A stretch of 64,000 bases of DNA from a bacterium (GTDB taxonomy: Bacteria > UBA10199 > 2-02-FULL-44-16 > DYJF01), in contig JBGSNL010000069.1 in the NCBI GenBank assembly GCA_041739675.1, positions 11,592-75,591 of the forward strand, written 5' to 3'. The notes below the pieces were generated by a model. That model did not search any database, had not been told where the DNA came from, and saw only the letters and a list, made by a program, of their open reading frames with translations. The position numbers and the translations under genes are program-made. This document shows, piece after piece, positions 54,785 through 64,000 of the stretch (position 1 is its first letter; the number at the start of each line of letters is the position of its first letter).

Positions 54785-55777
54785 ATGAAAACACTGGTCG
54801 AAATACAAGACGTCGCGAAGAGCTTTCCCGTGGACAGCGGGTGGTTCGGCAAGCACGCGGGCGACGTCCACGCTGTGAACGGCGTCTCGCTCAAAATAAA
54901 CGAAGGAGAAACGCTGGGGCTGGTGGGCGAGAGCGGCTGCGGGAAATCGACGCTCGGCCTTCTCGTCTTGCGCCTCATGGAAACAGACAGCGGCAAAATA
55001 ATATTCGAAGGCCGTGACATAACGAAGATGAGCCAGGCCGATCTTCGGCCGCTTCGCCGCGAGATGCAGGTGATCTTTCAGGATCCTTTCGCCTCGCTCA
55101 ATCCGCGCATGACCGTTGGCGAGATAATAGAAGAGCCGCTTCTCGTTCATCGTGTCGGCGGAAAAGCGGAGCGCATAACCCGGGTCGCGGAGCTTTTGAG
55201 GCAGGTGGGGCTGCCGTCAGCTGCGGCATCCAAATACCCGCACGAGTTTTCAGGCGGGCAAAGACAGCGCATAGGCATCGCCCGCGCGCTTGCATTGAAA
55301 CCCAAGCTTATCATCGCCGACGAGCCGGTGAGCGCGCTCGACGTTTCAATTCGCGGAGAGATAATCAACATCCTCTCCGATCTTCAGGAGAAGATGGGCC
55401 TCACGTATCTTTTCATCTCCCACGACCTGACGGTCGTCTTGCACATAAGCGACAGGATCGCCGTGATGTATCTTGGAAAATTGATGGAGCTTTTCCCCGT
55501 GGCGCAGATCGGGGCGGCCCATCACCCCTACACGGAGGCGCTCATCTCTGCGATTCCCATCCCCGATCCAAGGGCGAAGAAGGAGAGAATCATTTTGAAA
55601 GGGGACGTGCCCTCTTCGCTTGAGCTTCCATCAGGGTGTCCCTTTCATCCGCGCTGCAAGTATGCGCAAAATATCTGTCGTGACAAAGAACCGCCGTTCG
55701 AGCAGTATAAGGACCAGTGCTTTGCGGCGTGCCATTTCATACGTGAAATGGTGCCGCTGGAAATGAATTTCAGGTGA
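54785..55777 (+). CDS. oppF: peptide ABC transporter ATP-binding protein (OppF/DppF)
   Basis: Walker A GESGCGKST, signature FSGGQRQR, Walker B IIADEPVSALD. Confidence 0.9.
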   Translation: MKTLVEIQDVAKSFPVDSGWFGKHAGDVHAVNGVSLKINEGETLGLVGESGCGKSTLGLLVLRLMETDSGKIIFEGRDITKMSQADLRPLRREMQVIFQDPFASLNPRMTVGEIIEEPLLVHRVGGKAERITRVAELLRQVGLPSAAASKYPHEFSGGQRQRIGIARALALKPKLIIADEPVSALDVSIRGEIINILSDLQEKMGLTYLFISHDLTVVLHISDRIAVMYLGKLMELFPVAQIGAAHHPYTEALISAIPIPDPRAKKERIILKGDVPSSLELPSGCPFHPRCKYAQNICRDKEPPFEQYKDQCFAACHFIREMVPLEMNFR

Positions 55778-55785
55778 GGTGATAT

Positions 55786-56286
55786 ATGAAAAAAGCGGCG
55801 CTCGTTTCTTTGATTGTGTGCCTTGCCCTGGTGGCCGGCGGAACCGCGCTGGCCCGCAAAAAGCAGATCGTAAAATCCATGGGCGGGACGGTCATTCCCA
55901 GATTCGGCATTATCATCGATGCGGGCTACGATCCCGGGCTCGACAACTTCGTTCCCGGCTACAAGATGCTCAACGTCGCGATCATGAACAACTCTTTCAA
56001 CATCATAGAGATGAGCCCTCAAAGGGATCAGTGGTGGATAAAGACGAAGAACGGCGATAAAAAATACCGCGTCATCGGAGACTTGAGAACTGAAGATGCG
56101 GCTGCATGGAACAATCTGCCCGATAAGGCGAGAACTCTCATCACCTACCCGCTCCTTCTGCCGATAGGGGCAAGACAAGTTATCGATCTTTTTGTTCCCG
56201 ACAAGGTGCCTGTGGAAGATTTCGAGCAGGTGATTATTTACATCAATTCTCTGGATACGACGTTTGAGGTGCTGGCGAGGCAGTGA
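55786..56286 (+). CDS. secreted hypothetical protein
   Basis: Signal peptide MKKAALVSLIVCLALVAGGTALA; 3' end overlaps convergent radical SAM gene by ~49 nt. Confidence 0.45.
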   Translation: MKKAALVSLIVCLALVAGGTALARKKQIVKSMGGTVIPRFGIIIDAGYDPGLDNFVPGYKMLNVAIMNNSFNIIEMSPQRDQWWIKTKNGDKKYRVIGDLRTEDAAAWNNLPDKARTLITYPLLLPIGARQVIDLFVPDKVPVEDFEQVIIYINSLDTTFEVLARQ

Positions 56287-57212
56287 CCCTGGCGGCTGTT
56301 TCGCCTGTCCAGTTCCCTCTCCACTGCATTGAAAATGGCGAGCTTGTTGACCGACCACTCCGGCGCTACGGTGATATTTCTTGGCGCGTGGCCGTTGACG
56401 CGGTGAACGACGATCGAGGGCTTCAGGCGCTCCAGGAAGGATGCAACCCAGCCGGCGTAGGTTTCAAGATCGGGCACTTCAACTTTTCCATCATTATATA
56501 GTTTCTCGAGCTTCGTTCCCTTCAATACGTGAAGGTTGTGAATCTTCACCCCATCCACTCCTTCATTGTTCAAAAATTCCGCAGTCTTGAGCATGTCATC
56601 AAGGGATTCGCCGGGCAGCCCCAGAATGACATGCGCGACCACTGAAATATTTTTTGTCCTCAATATTCCCGCCGCTTTCGAAAAATCCTCCACCGTATGT
56701 CCCCGATTAATGAGCTTGAGTATAGCGTTCTTAGCGGACTGAAGACCGAGTTCAACCCACAGCATTGTCTTTTTTGACAGCTCCTCAAGAAGGTTTGCAT
56801 GCTCCATTGCGATGCAGTCAGGGCGCGTTCCGATTGCCAGCCCCACGACATCTGGATGGTCTATCGATGCCTCAAAAATCGGTCTCAATTTTTCCGCGGG
56901 GCCGTACGTGTTCGTGCCGCTCTGGAAATATGAGATGAATTTTGCAGCGCCGTGGCGGCGGCGCACATATTCGATTCCTTCCGCGAGCGCCTCCATTATC
57001 GATTTTTCAGGTAGAACGGTTTTTCCTGCGTCGACGGCGGTCAGATAGGAGGCCTCGCTGCAGAATGCACAGCCGTTTCTGCCTACGGTCCCGTCGCGAT
57101 TGGGGCAGGAAAGCCCACTCTCAAGGCTCACCTTGAAGACCTTGCAGCCGAACCGCTTTTTCAGAACCTCGTTAATCGCGTTGTAGCGCACTTTTTGCAT
57201 CCCACAGCTCAT
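56238..57212 (-). CDS. radical SAM protein, TIGR01212 (YhcC-like) family
   Basis: CPNRDGTVGRNGCAFC cysteine motif characteristic of the TIGR01212 subfamily; TIM-barrel length ~320 aa. Confidence 0.7.
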   Translation of the reverse strand: MSCGMQKVRYNAINEVLKKRFGCKVFKVSLESGLSCPNRDGTVGRNGCAFCSEASYLTAVDAGKTVLPEKSIMEALAEGIEYVRRRHGAAKFISYFQSGTNTYGPAEKLRPIFEASIDHPDVVGLAIGTRPDCIAMEHANLLEELSKKTMLWVELGLQSAKNAILKLINRGHTVEDFSKAAGILRTKNISVVAHVILGLPGESLDDMLKTAEFLNNEGVDGVKIHNLHVLKGTKLEKLYNDGKVEVPDLETYAGWVASFLERLKPSIVVHRVNGHAPRNITVAPEWSVNKLAIFNAVERELDRRNSRQGHCLASTSNVVSRELM

Positions 57213-57518
57213 AGCCCTTTTTATTCGGGGCCGTCAACCGCCCTTATTTAAGAGGGTATTTTTATATCCCAAAGAAGGGAAATTGACTGCGTTCAATAAT
57301 CCTCTTTTAATCAAGCTAGTTAGGTCTTCTTTATCGAATTGATCGCCTCCATTTAGAGACACATGGGTAGATTCAAACCCTTTATCATGTTTTCAATGAA
57401 AAGGTCGTACGACACAACATCTTGAAACATAAGACTAATTAGGAATTTGTGCACTTCAGGCTCATGGCACGCCAATTGCTCCTTATCCGGGTGAGGAACG
57501 GAGGGAAGGGAGGGTGCC

Positions 57519-59150
57519 ATGGAGAAAATCAGAAAATACAGCAGCTTGGCAGTGATGATTCTCTCGTTAGCTCTGATCGGCGCATGCGGTGGCAGCTCTT
57601 CCACGAACCCCTTCGATGGTTCCAGCGGCGGCGGCGTTGAATTCACCAATGAATACTCCTCACCTTCCGAACTCGGCGTCGGCGACATCATGTATGTCAA
57701 CTTCGGCGGCTCATCCAGCGCCACGATAGATTTCTCAGGCGTCGATTCATCGGCAAAATTCGTTCTCGTAGTGGGATCGGCAAATGAGGGCGGTTCCGCT
57801 GTTTCGATGAGCCTCTCTTCGGATCTCGCTGCGCCGGTTGAAAAAGCCCTGAGCGCGGAAGCGGCGGTCGATGAAGAGTATTCCGCGGAAGAGATCATGT
57901 CGGCATGGCTGCGCGCCGCCGAGCAGGATCTTGCCGTGACAGAGCCCGTGCCGGAAGCTGCGGTGAGCGCCGTGAAGTCGATGTCGGCAGCGAAGGCCGT
58001 GAGCATGGGACAGGTCGAAACCTTCCGCGTGCTTTCAAACCTCTCCTCGACCAGTACCTTCACGATGATTGATGCCAGCGTCCGCTGCATCGGCTCATCG
58101 GTGATTTTCTACGTCGACACCGATCCGCGCATCAACTCCAACGTTTTGAGCGACTCAGACATTCAAAGTCTTTGCAGCGAGTTCGACGACGTCGCGAGCC
58201 GCGAGCAGCAGCTTCTTGGCGAGACCTCCGACGTCGACGGCGACGGCAAGGTTGCGATACTCATGACCAAGCAGATCAATATGCTGGGCGGCTACGCAGG
58301 CGGAATCATCACCGGCTTCTTCTGGGCGGGCGATCTCTACGACGTGTCGAGCTCGAATCCTGCCAGCAACCATCGCGAGATCATCTACACGATGGTTCCG
58401 GACCCGGCGGGAACCTTCGGGACGACGGTTACCAGGGACTTTGCACTTAACAGTCTGCTCCCGGCGGTTCTTCCGCACGAGCTGCAGCACGCGATCAACT
58501 ACAACCAGCACGTCTTCGTCGACGGAACTCCGCCTGAGACGAACTGGTTGAACGAGGGAATGTCTCACTTGGCTGAGGATATCATGGGATACGGCCAGGA
58601 GAATCCCTCAAGATACGCGCTCTACCTTTCCAATCCGTCCAACGCGGGCGTGGTGACGCTCAGACAGCCGAATCTCTACGAGCGCGGCGCATCCTATCTC
58701 TTCCTGCGCTACCTCTATGAGCAGGCCGCATCTGGCGACACGTTCGTCAGGAATCTGGAACAGAGCGGGCTTACCGGCGTGGAAAACGTCGAGGCGTCGT
58801 TCGCAGGCGGAAGCGGTTTCTCGATGTTCCACGAGTTTCTGGCGCGCTGGACCGTGGCCCTTGCAATGACCGATGAAGGAATCACGGCCGACAGCCGCTT
58901 CATTTATCGCGATCGCGTGAAAGACAGCGCAACGGGGCACTGGGAGGGAGTTTGTTTGAGCTGCGAAGCAGATGACGGCCGGGGCACGGTGCTGACCGGT
59001 GTGGCGAAGAGCACGTACCACGGATCTGCCAGCGCGACGGTTGCCGCATCTGGCGCGACGTTCTACGACATTCAGTCCGTTCCCGGGCACATCACGGTGG
59101 GCGGCGGCTCCGGCGGCGCGAACTTCGGCGTCCTCATGAGGCAGTACTAA
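57519..59150 (+). CDS. lipoprotein zinc metallopeptidase candidate (HExxH...E gluzincin-like; possibly M30-like)
   Basis: Lipobox LIGACGG; LPHELQHAINYN (HExxH) with NEGMSHLAED ~25 aa downstream. Confidence 0.45.
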   Translation: MEKIRKYSSLAVMILSLALIGACGGSSSTNPFDGSSGGGVEFTNEYSSPSELGVGDIMYVNFGGSSSATIDFSGVDSSAKFVLVVGSANEGGSAVSMSLSSDLAAPVEKALSAEAAVDEEYSAEEIMSAWLRAAEQDLAVTEPVPEAAVSAVKSMSAAKAVSMGQVETFRVLSNLSSTSTFTMIDASVRCIGSSVIFYVDTDPRINSNVLSDSDIQSLCSEFDDVASREQQLLGETSDVDGDGKVAILMTKQINMLGGYAGGIITGFFWAGDLYDVSSSNPASNHREIIYTMVPDPAGTFGTTVTRDFALNSLLPAVLPHELQHAINYNQHVFVDGTPPETNWLNEGMSHLAEDIMGYGQENPSRYALYLSNPSNAGVVTLRQPNLYERGASYLFLRYLYEQAASGDTFVRNLEQSGLTGVENVEASFAGGSGFSMFHEFLARWTVALAMTDEGITADSRFIYRDRVKDSATGHWEGVCLSCEADDGRGTVLTGVAKSTYHGSASATVAASGATFYDIQSVPGHITVGGGSGGANFGVLMRQY

Positions 59151-59209
59151 GGCAACTAGGGAAAATCGGGTCTTTACTTTTGGCGGTCTATTCTCTATAA
59201 AAATCCAAT

Positions 59210-60019
59210 ATGTATCCGGTTTTGCTAAGGATCCCGTTCTTCGGGGGATCCACAATCACAATCTACACATACGGTTTCATGGTGGCCTTGGCCTTCCTGG
59301 TCGGCATGTTCTGGATCAGCCATGAGAGCAAAAGGGTGGGGCAAAGCCCGGCACGGGCGATGGATCTGGCCTTTTATGTCATCGTCGCGGCAATCGTGGG
59401 TTCCAGGATCCTGCACATCGCGGTAAGCGAGCGCGAGCGTTTTCTCTCAAATCCGCTCATCATCTTCAGGATATGGGAGGGAGGGCTTGTCTTCTACGGC
59501 GGGCTGATCGGGGCACTCCTCGTGAGCGTCTGGTACATGAGGCGCCACAAACTTCCGTTGTGGATCTACTGCGATATATTCGCACCCGCTATAGCTTTGG
59601 GGCACGTCTTCGGAAGACTGGGCTGCTTCATGGCGGGCTGCTGCTTTGGGCGGCTTGTCGGCCATCCGGCGTGGTACGCAACCACGTTTCCGGCCAACCC
59701 AAGTTCCTTTGCGCCAACCGGTCTTCCGCTTTATCCCACGCAGCTGATGGAGGCGGCGGGCGAGCTCGTCGTCTTTTTCATTCTGTTTTTCATGCGCAAA
59801 AAGAAGAGCTTCGACGGCCAGCTCATAGCGACCTACCTTATTTTGTATGCGATCCTCCGCGCGGCCGTTGAATATTTCAGGGGGGATACGGAGCGCGGTT
59901 TCCTGATCGAGCCGTGGCTTTCAACCTCCACATTCATAAGCCTTTTGATGTTTCTGGCGGGCGCGGCCATATACGTTGTGATGCTCAAGCGTAAAAACGC
60001 AAAGGGCGGAAATAAATGA
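59210..60019 (+). CDS. lgt: prolipoprotein diacylglyceryl transferase
   Basis: IFRIWEGGLVFYGGLIG, GRLGCFMAGCCFGR, YPTQLME, LRAAVEYFR - Lgt signature blocks. Confidence 0.85.
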   Translation: MYPVLLRIPFFGGSTITIYTYGFMVALAFLVGMFWISHESKRVGQSPARAMDLAFYVIVAAIVGSRILHIAVSERERFLSNPLIIFRIWEGGLVFYGGLIGALLVSVWYMRRHKLPLWIYCDIFAPAIALGHVFGRLGCFMAGCCFGRLVGHPAWYATTFPANPSSFAPTGLPLYPTQLMEAAGELVVFFILFFMRKKKSFDGQLIATYLILYAILRAAVEYFRGDTERGFLIEPWLSTSTFISLLMFLAGAAIYVVMLKRKNAKGGNK

Positions 60020-60492
60020 AGATAAAATTCCTGTTTTTGATTTTGTGTCTCACCCTCGTCGGCTGCAGCAAGCCGATGATAAATGCCTCCGTCGCCGAAG
60101 ACATCGGTTTTGTGTCCAAGTCGTTCGCAACCGACACGACGCAGGCGTTCGCCGCGGTTCGCTACGCCTTGAAGATAAGCGGCTATTCTATCGCGAGCGA
60201 CAGCCAGCCGGAAGGCCTGATAACGTCGACATGGGTTCCGACGAAATCCGATTCGCACGCCGTCATGGTCTTTGACCGACGCCAGATGGGCGTGAACGGC
60301 GCGTACTATCAGCTTGAAGTTCATATCGTGCCGGATGCCGGCAAGGTCCGCATCGATGTCGGAGCCAAAGCGAAAAGCGTAGTGGCAAATCTTAAATCGA
60401 CCGGCATCGAGGAGCGGAAAGTATTGAGCGAAGTAGGCAATTATCTGCGCACTTCGGAACCGGAGCTCTCAAACATCGGACTCGAGGAGTAG
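60016..60492 (+). CDS. hypothetical lipoprotein
   Basis: MKIKFLFLILCLTLVGCSKP lipobox; overlaps lgt stop by 4 nt. Confidence 0.5.
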   Translation: MKIKFLFLILCLTLVGCSKPMINASVAEDIGFVSKSFATDTTQAFAAVRYALKISGYSIASDSQPEGLITSTWVPTKSDSHAVMVFDRRQMGVNGAYYQLEVHIVPDAGKVRIDVGAKAKSVVANLKSTGIEERKVLSEVGNYLRTSEPELSNIGLEE

Positions 60493-60503
60493 ACGTCCCG
60501 CCA

Positions 60504-63296
60504 ATGGATTACAAAGACACACTAAATCTTCCGCAGACGCAGTTCCCTATGAAGGCCGATCTCGCCCGACGCGAGCCCGACCAGCTGAAAAAATGGCAGG
60601 ACGCGCGCCTCTATGAAAAGATGATCGATGCGAACAGCAAGGGGCGCGCCTTCATTCTGCACGACGGCCCGCCATACGCGAACGGCCATCTCCACCTCGG
60701 CACAATTTTAAATAAGATTCTCAAAGACATCGTCGTCAAATACAAAAACATGTCGGGCGAGCGCTGCGAGTTCGTTCCCGGCTGGGATTGCCACGGCCTG
60801 CCGATCGAGATCGAAGTCGACAAAAAACTCGGCGGGAAAAAGAACGCGCTGAAGCCGATCGAGAAGAGGCAGGCGTGCAGGGAGCACGCGGGTCATTTCA
60901 TCGACATCCAGCGCTCAGAGTTCATGCGCCTGGGTTGTCTGGGCCGCTGGGAAAAACCCTACAAGACGATGTCGTTCGATTACGAGGCCACAATCGAGCG
61001 CGAGTTCGGAAAATTCGTCGCCACCGGCGGAGTGTTCAAGGAGAAAAAACCGATTCTCTGGTGCCCCTCTTGCCGCACTGCGCTCGCAGAGGCGGAGGTG
61101 GAGTACGGCGATCACGTTGCGCCCTCCATCTACGTGAAGTTCCGCCTTGAAGACGAGGCGCAGTTCAAAAAAGAGTGGGGTCTGAAAGACGAAAAAATAT
61201 ACGTCGTCATCTGGACGACAACTCCGTGGACGATCCCCGCCAATCTCGCCATCGCGCTCCATCCCGATCTTCCATACGTTGCCGTGAGTGTTGACGGCGA
61301 GGTTTGGATCATGGCGGAAGGCTTGATGGATGCCGTGATGACGTCGGTGGGAAAAACTTATTACAAAGTCGTGGGCAAACCGAAACCCGCCGATCTCGAG
61401 CACAAACACTGCCGCCATCCGCTGATCGACAGAACGTCTCTCATAATACTGGGCGAGCACGTCACTCTTGAGGCGGGAACGGGAGCCGTTCACACCGCGC
61501 CCGGCCACGGCCAGGAGGATTACCAGGCGGGCTTAAGATACGGCCTCGATATTCTGGCGCCGGTAGACGACGCGGGAAAGTTCACAAAAGAGGCGGGGCT
61601 CGATTATCTCACCGGAGTTTTTGTCGAAGAGGCCAACGAAAAGGTCATCGTCAAATTGCAGGACGTAGGCGCGCTGATAAAAAGCGAGAAGGTCACGCAT
61701 CAATATCCGCACTGCTGGCGCTGCAAAAAGCCCATCATCTTCCGCTCCACGGAGCAGTGGTTCATCTCGATGGAGAAAAACGATCTCCGCAAAAAGGCGT
61801 TAGCCGCCGTGGAGAAGGTGCAGTGGATTCCGCCGTGGGGCAAGAACCGCATCGGCGGCATGCTTGAGGCAAGGCCGGATTGGTGCATATCAAGGCAGCG
61901 TCTGTGGGGAGTTCCCATAGTCGCGCTCGTGTGCGCGTCGTGCAACACATCGCACACCACCAAGGAGCTGGTCGACAAGGCGGCGAAGATATTCGAAGCG
62001 GAAGGTTCCGACGCGTGGTTCGCAAGACCGGTGGAGGATTTCAAACCCTCCGGATTCAAGTGCCCTTCGTGCGGCGAGGAAAAAACTTTCGGCAAGGAAA
62101 AAGATATTTTGGACGTCTGGTTCGATTCGGGCGTCTCATACGCCGCGGTCCTTGAAGCGGAAGAGGGGATAAAAGAGCCCGCCGATCTTTATCTGGAGGG
62201 GAGCGATCAGCACCGTGGCTGGTTCCACACCTCGCTTCTCACCTCCATCGGAACACGCGGCCGTTCGCCATATAAGCGCGTGCTCACTCACGGCTTTGTC
62301 GTGGACGGCGAGGGTAAAAAATATTCGAAATCCGCAAAGAACTATGTTCCGCCCGATACTCTGATCAACAAGCACGGCGCGGAAATTTTAAGACTCTGGG
62401 TCTCCTCCGAAGACTACCGCGACGACATCAGGTTTTCAGACGAGATCATGACGCGTCTCATCGAGGCCTACCGTAAGGTGAGAAATACTTGCCGCTACAT
62501 CGTCGCCAATCTATACGATTTCGATCCCGACCGCGATGCGGTCAAAGATGCCGATCTCACTGAGATGGACCGCTTCGCGATGCACGCCCTCCAGCTCTTT
62601 GTGGGCAAGGTCCGAAAGAGCTACGACGACTTTGAATTCTACGTGATATCGCAGGCCCTCACGAGGCTCTGCACTGTGGAGCTCTCCGCATTCATCTTCG
62701 ATATAATGAAGGACCGCCTCTACTGCGAAAAAAAGGACGGACCTCTAAGGCGCTCGGCGCAGACAGTTCTCTGGCGCATAGGCGATGCTCTCGTAAGGGT
62801 GATGGCGCCGATACTTTCCTTCACCGCGGATGAGTTGTGGGATCATCTTCCTGCATTCAAGGGAAAATCGGAACAGGTCTTCACCGCACGGCTGCCGGAA
62901 GTGGATAAAAAATACGTGGACGAAAAGTTGGGCGAACGCTGGACGCGCCTGATGCAGGTGCGCGAATCGGTGACGAAGGCCCTTGAGATCGCGCGCGCCG
63001 CAAAGGTGATCGGCAACTCGCTTGCGGCAAAGATTGTTATCGAAGCGCCTGACGATCTTTCCGCGTTCCTGAAAAGTTTCGGCGATTCGCTCCCCGATCT
63101 TTTCATAGTATCCGCGGCGGAGTTCGGAAAAGTCTCCGGCGATCACGTTTTCGCAAGCGAAGAAGTTCCCGGCCTGAAGGTGGCTGTTTTCACCGCGGAC
63201 GGCGAAAAATGTTCGCGCTGCTGGAAGACAACAACTACTGTGAACTCTGACCCCAATCACCCCGAGGTTTGCGCAAGGTGCGCATCAGTCGTATAG
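60504..63296 (+). CDS. ileS: isoleucyl-tRNA synthetase
   Basis: HIGH motif (PYANGHLHLGT), KMSKS variant (KYSKS), C-terminal zinc finger CSRCW...CARC; 930 aa. Confidence 0.95.
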   Translation: MDYKDTLNLPQTQFPMKADLARREPDQLKKWQDARLYEKMIDANSKGRAFILHDGPPYANGHLHLGTILNKILKDIVVKYKNMSGERCEFVPGWDCHGLPIEIEVDKKLGGKKNALKPIEKRQACREHAGHFIDIQRSEFMRLGCLGRWEKPYKTMSFDYEATIEREFGKFVATGGVFKEKKPILWCPSCRTALAEAEVEYGDHVAPSIYVKFRLEDEAQFKKEWGLKDEKIYVVIWTTTPWTIPANLAIALHPDLPYVAVSVDGEVWIMAEGLMDAVMTSVGKTYYKVVGKPKPADLEHKHCRHPLIDRTSLIILGEHVTLEAGTGAVHTAPGHGQEDYQAGLRYGLDILAPVDDAGKFTKEAGLDYLTGVFVEEANEKVIVKLQDVGALIKSEKVTHQYPHCWRCKKPIIFRSTEQWFISMEKNDLRKKALAAVEKVQWIPPWGKNRIGGMLEARPDWCISRQRLWGVPIVALVCASCNTSHTTKELVDKAAKIFEAEGSDAWFARPVEDFKPSGFKCPSCGEEKTFGKEKDILDVWFDSGVSYAAVLEAEEGIKEPADLYLEGSDQHRGWFHTSLLTSIGTRGRSPYKRVLTHGFVVDGEGKKYSKSAKNYVPPDTLINKHGAEILRLWVSSEDYRDDIRFSDEIMTRLIEAYRKVRNTCRYIVANLYDFDPDRDAVKDADLTEMDRFAMHALQLFVGKVRKSYDDFEFYVISQALTRLCTVELSAFIFDIMKDRLYCEKKDGPLRRSAQTVLWRIGDALVRVMAPILSFTADELWDHLPAFKGKSEQVFTARLPEVDKKYVDEKLGERWTRLMQVRESVTKALEIARAAKVIGNSLAAKIVIEAPDDLSAFLKSFGDSLPDLFIVSAAEFGKVSGDHVFASEEVPGLKVAVFTADGEKCSRCWKTTTTVNSDPNHPEVCARCASVV

Positions 63297-63305
63297 CGAA
63301 TCCCT

Positions 63306-63836
63306 ATGAGCTTCAAATACAAAGCACTCATCATAATCACGCCGCTTGTTTTCATCGCAGATCAGCTCACGAAATGGCTCGTGGTTAAATACATCCCGTT
63401 CGGGGATAGCGTTCCCGTGATTTCCGGCTATTTCGATCTCGTCTATCTCAAAAATCCCGGTGCCGCCTTCGGCATGCTCTCTTCTCTCGCCGACGGCTAC
63501 AGGCAGGTTTTTTTCTACGTTGTCGCTGCGGTGGCTGTTATCGTTCTCGCGGCCTTTTACCGCTCCATCAAGGAGAGCGAGCGTCTGCTTCCCATAGGCA
63601 TTGCGCTCGTCTTCGGCGGCATCGCCGGCAATATCATGGACCGCATCATATCGGGCGAGGTCACCGATTTTCTTTCTGTTCATATAAAAGATGCCGCAAT
63701 AGATTGGACGATTTTGGGGCACAATCTGCACATTCCTCTCATCTGGCCGGCCTTCAACGTTGCCGACAGCGCCATAACCGTCGCGATGGTTCTGCTTGTC
63801 ATCACGGCGTTCAGGGCGAAGAAGGGGGAGATATGA
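63306..63836 (+). CDS. lspA: lipoprotein signal peptidase II
   Basis: ..YLKNPGAAFG.. and FNVADSAITVA catalytic Asp motifs; conserved ileS-lspA linkage. Confidence 0.9.
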   Translation: MSFKYKALIIITPLVFIADQLTKWLVVKYIPFGDSVPVISGYFDLVYLKNPGAAFGMLSSLADGYRQVFFYVVAAVAVIVLAAFYRSIKESERLLPIGIALVFGGIAGNIMDRIISGEVTDFLSVHIKDAAIDWTILGHNLHIPLIWPAFNVADSAITVAMVLLVITAFRAKKGEI

Positions 63837-64000
63837 GGCCGATCCTCTTTTCCATCGGGTCCGTCGGCGTTCCCGCGTTTTTTCTGATGATCATGCTGGG
63901 CGCGCTTGCCACCACGTTTTACGCATACAAGCTCGCCAAGCGCGAGGGCGCGGATCCCGTAGTGATGCTCGATTTCGGCATCATAGGTATTATAGCCTCC
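63833..64000 (+). CDS. lgt: second prolipoprotein diacylglyceryl transferase paralog, 3'-truncated at window edge
   Basis: ATG 63833 overlapping lspA stop (ATGA); MRPILFSIGSVGVPAFFLMIMLGALATTFYAYKLAKREG matches Lgt N-terminus (..IFSIGP....Y....L....A.RR..). Confidence 0.55.
   Translation, partial: MRPILFSIGSVGVPAFFLMIMLGALATTFYAYKLAKREGADPVVMLDFGIIGIIAS

Noticed and set aside
53806-55020. 404-aa minus-strand ORF
   Set aside because: It is antisense to oppD and oppF, which carry unambiguous Walker A, signature and Walker B motifs.
58608-59255. 215-aa minus-strand ORF overlapping the peptidase gene end and the lgt start
   Set aside because: It is antisense to the 3' end of the HExxH lipoprotein gene and it crosses an intergenic region. 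It has no RBS.
1-64000. Searched for CRISPR arrays, tRNA/rRNA genes, transposases, integrases and prophage hallmarks
   Set aside because: There is no regularly spaced direct-repeat array and no cloverleaf-like conserved tRNA segments in the intergenic gaps. No ORF shows DDE, tyrosine or serine recombinase or phage structural motifs. The only repeats are the palindromic GAAAT-unit elements and the 27-nt box motif reported above.

Overview
The window is a GC-rich (~57%) contig from a diderm (Gram-negative-type) bacterium. This follows from the lipoprotein pathway genes (lgt, lspA, many lipoboxes) and the TolC and Pal/OmpA homologues. No rRNA, tRNA, CRISPR, transposase or integrase was seen. Gene order along the window: a 5'-truncated Nramp (mntH) gene; an array of four tandem paralogous hypothetical proteins (1.2-6.8 kb), described under findings; coaB/coaC as separate overlapping genes, AMMECR1, a lytic transglycosylase and an M48 lipoprotein peptidase; a TolC-MFP-RND efflux operon on the minus strand; a class-II aldolase-like gene, coaD, rsmD, a SHOCT lipoprotein, tlyA and a TPR lipoprotein; a Ser/Thr kinase fused to a STAND-type NTPase and a TPR array; a ~24 kb region (26-50 kb) dense in secreted, lipoprotein and outer-membrane proteins; a complete oppABCDF-type peptide ABC transporter; a TIGR01212-type radical SAM gene and an HExxH lipoprotein peptidase; and lgt-lipoprotein-ileS-lspA-lgt(partial). 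The 26-50 kb region includes beta-helix proteins, an S8 protease with FG-GAP repeats, a TPR/transglutaminase-like giant, a Cys-rich protein, a metzincin, a TSP3-repeat/beta-helix protein, a Pal-like OmpA, a PEGA protein, a DUF4097 lipoprotein, a Crp/Fnr regulator and cspA. Non-coding structure includes two copies of a ~150-180 bp palindromic GAAAT-unit MITE-like element. There is a 16-bp perfect inverted repeat/terminator that contains the tolC start codon, an intercistronic wobble-paired hairpin that contains the oppD start codon (with a second copy of its arm motif elsewhere), a 14/14 palindromic candidate operator, and a G9 homopolymer just 5' of a ribosome-binding site. The most interesting finding is the array of four paralogs. 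Each has a variable N-terminal body, a Gly-rich linker and a conserved Arg/Ala-rich ~45-aa C-terminal module, and one also carries a GHKL (HATPase_c-like) ATPase domain. I could not assign this array to any family I know.
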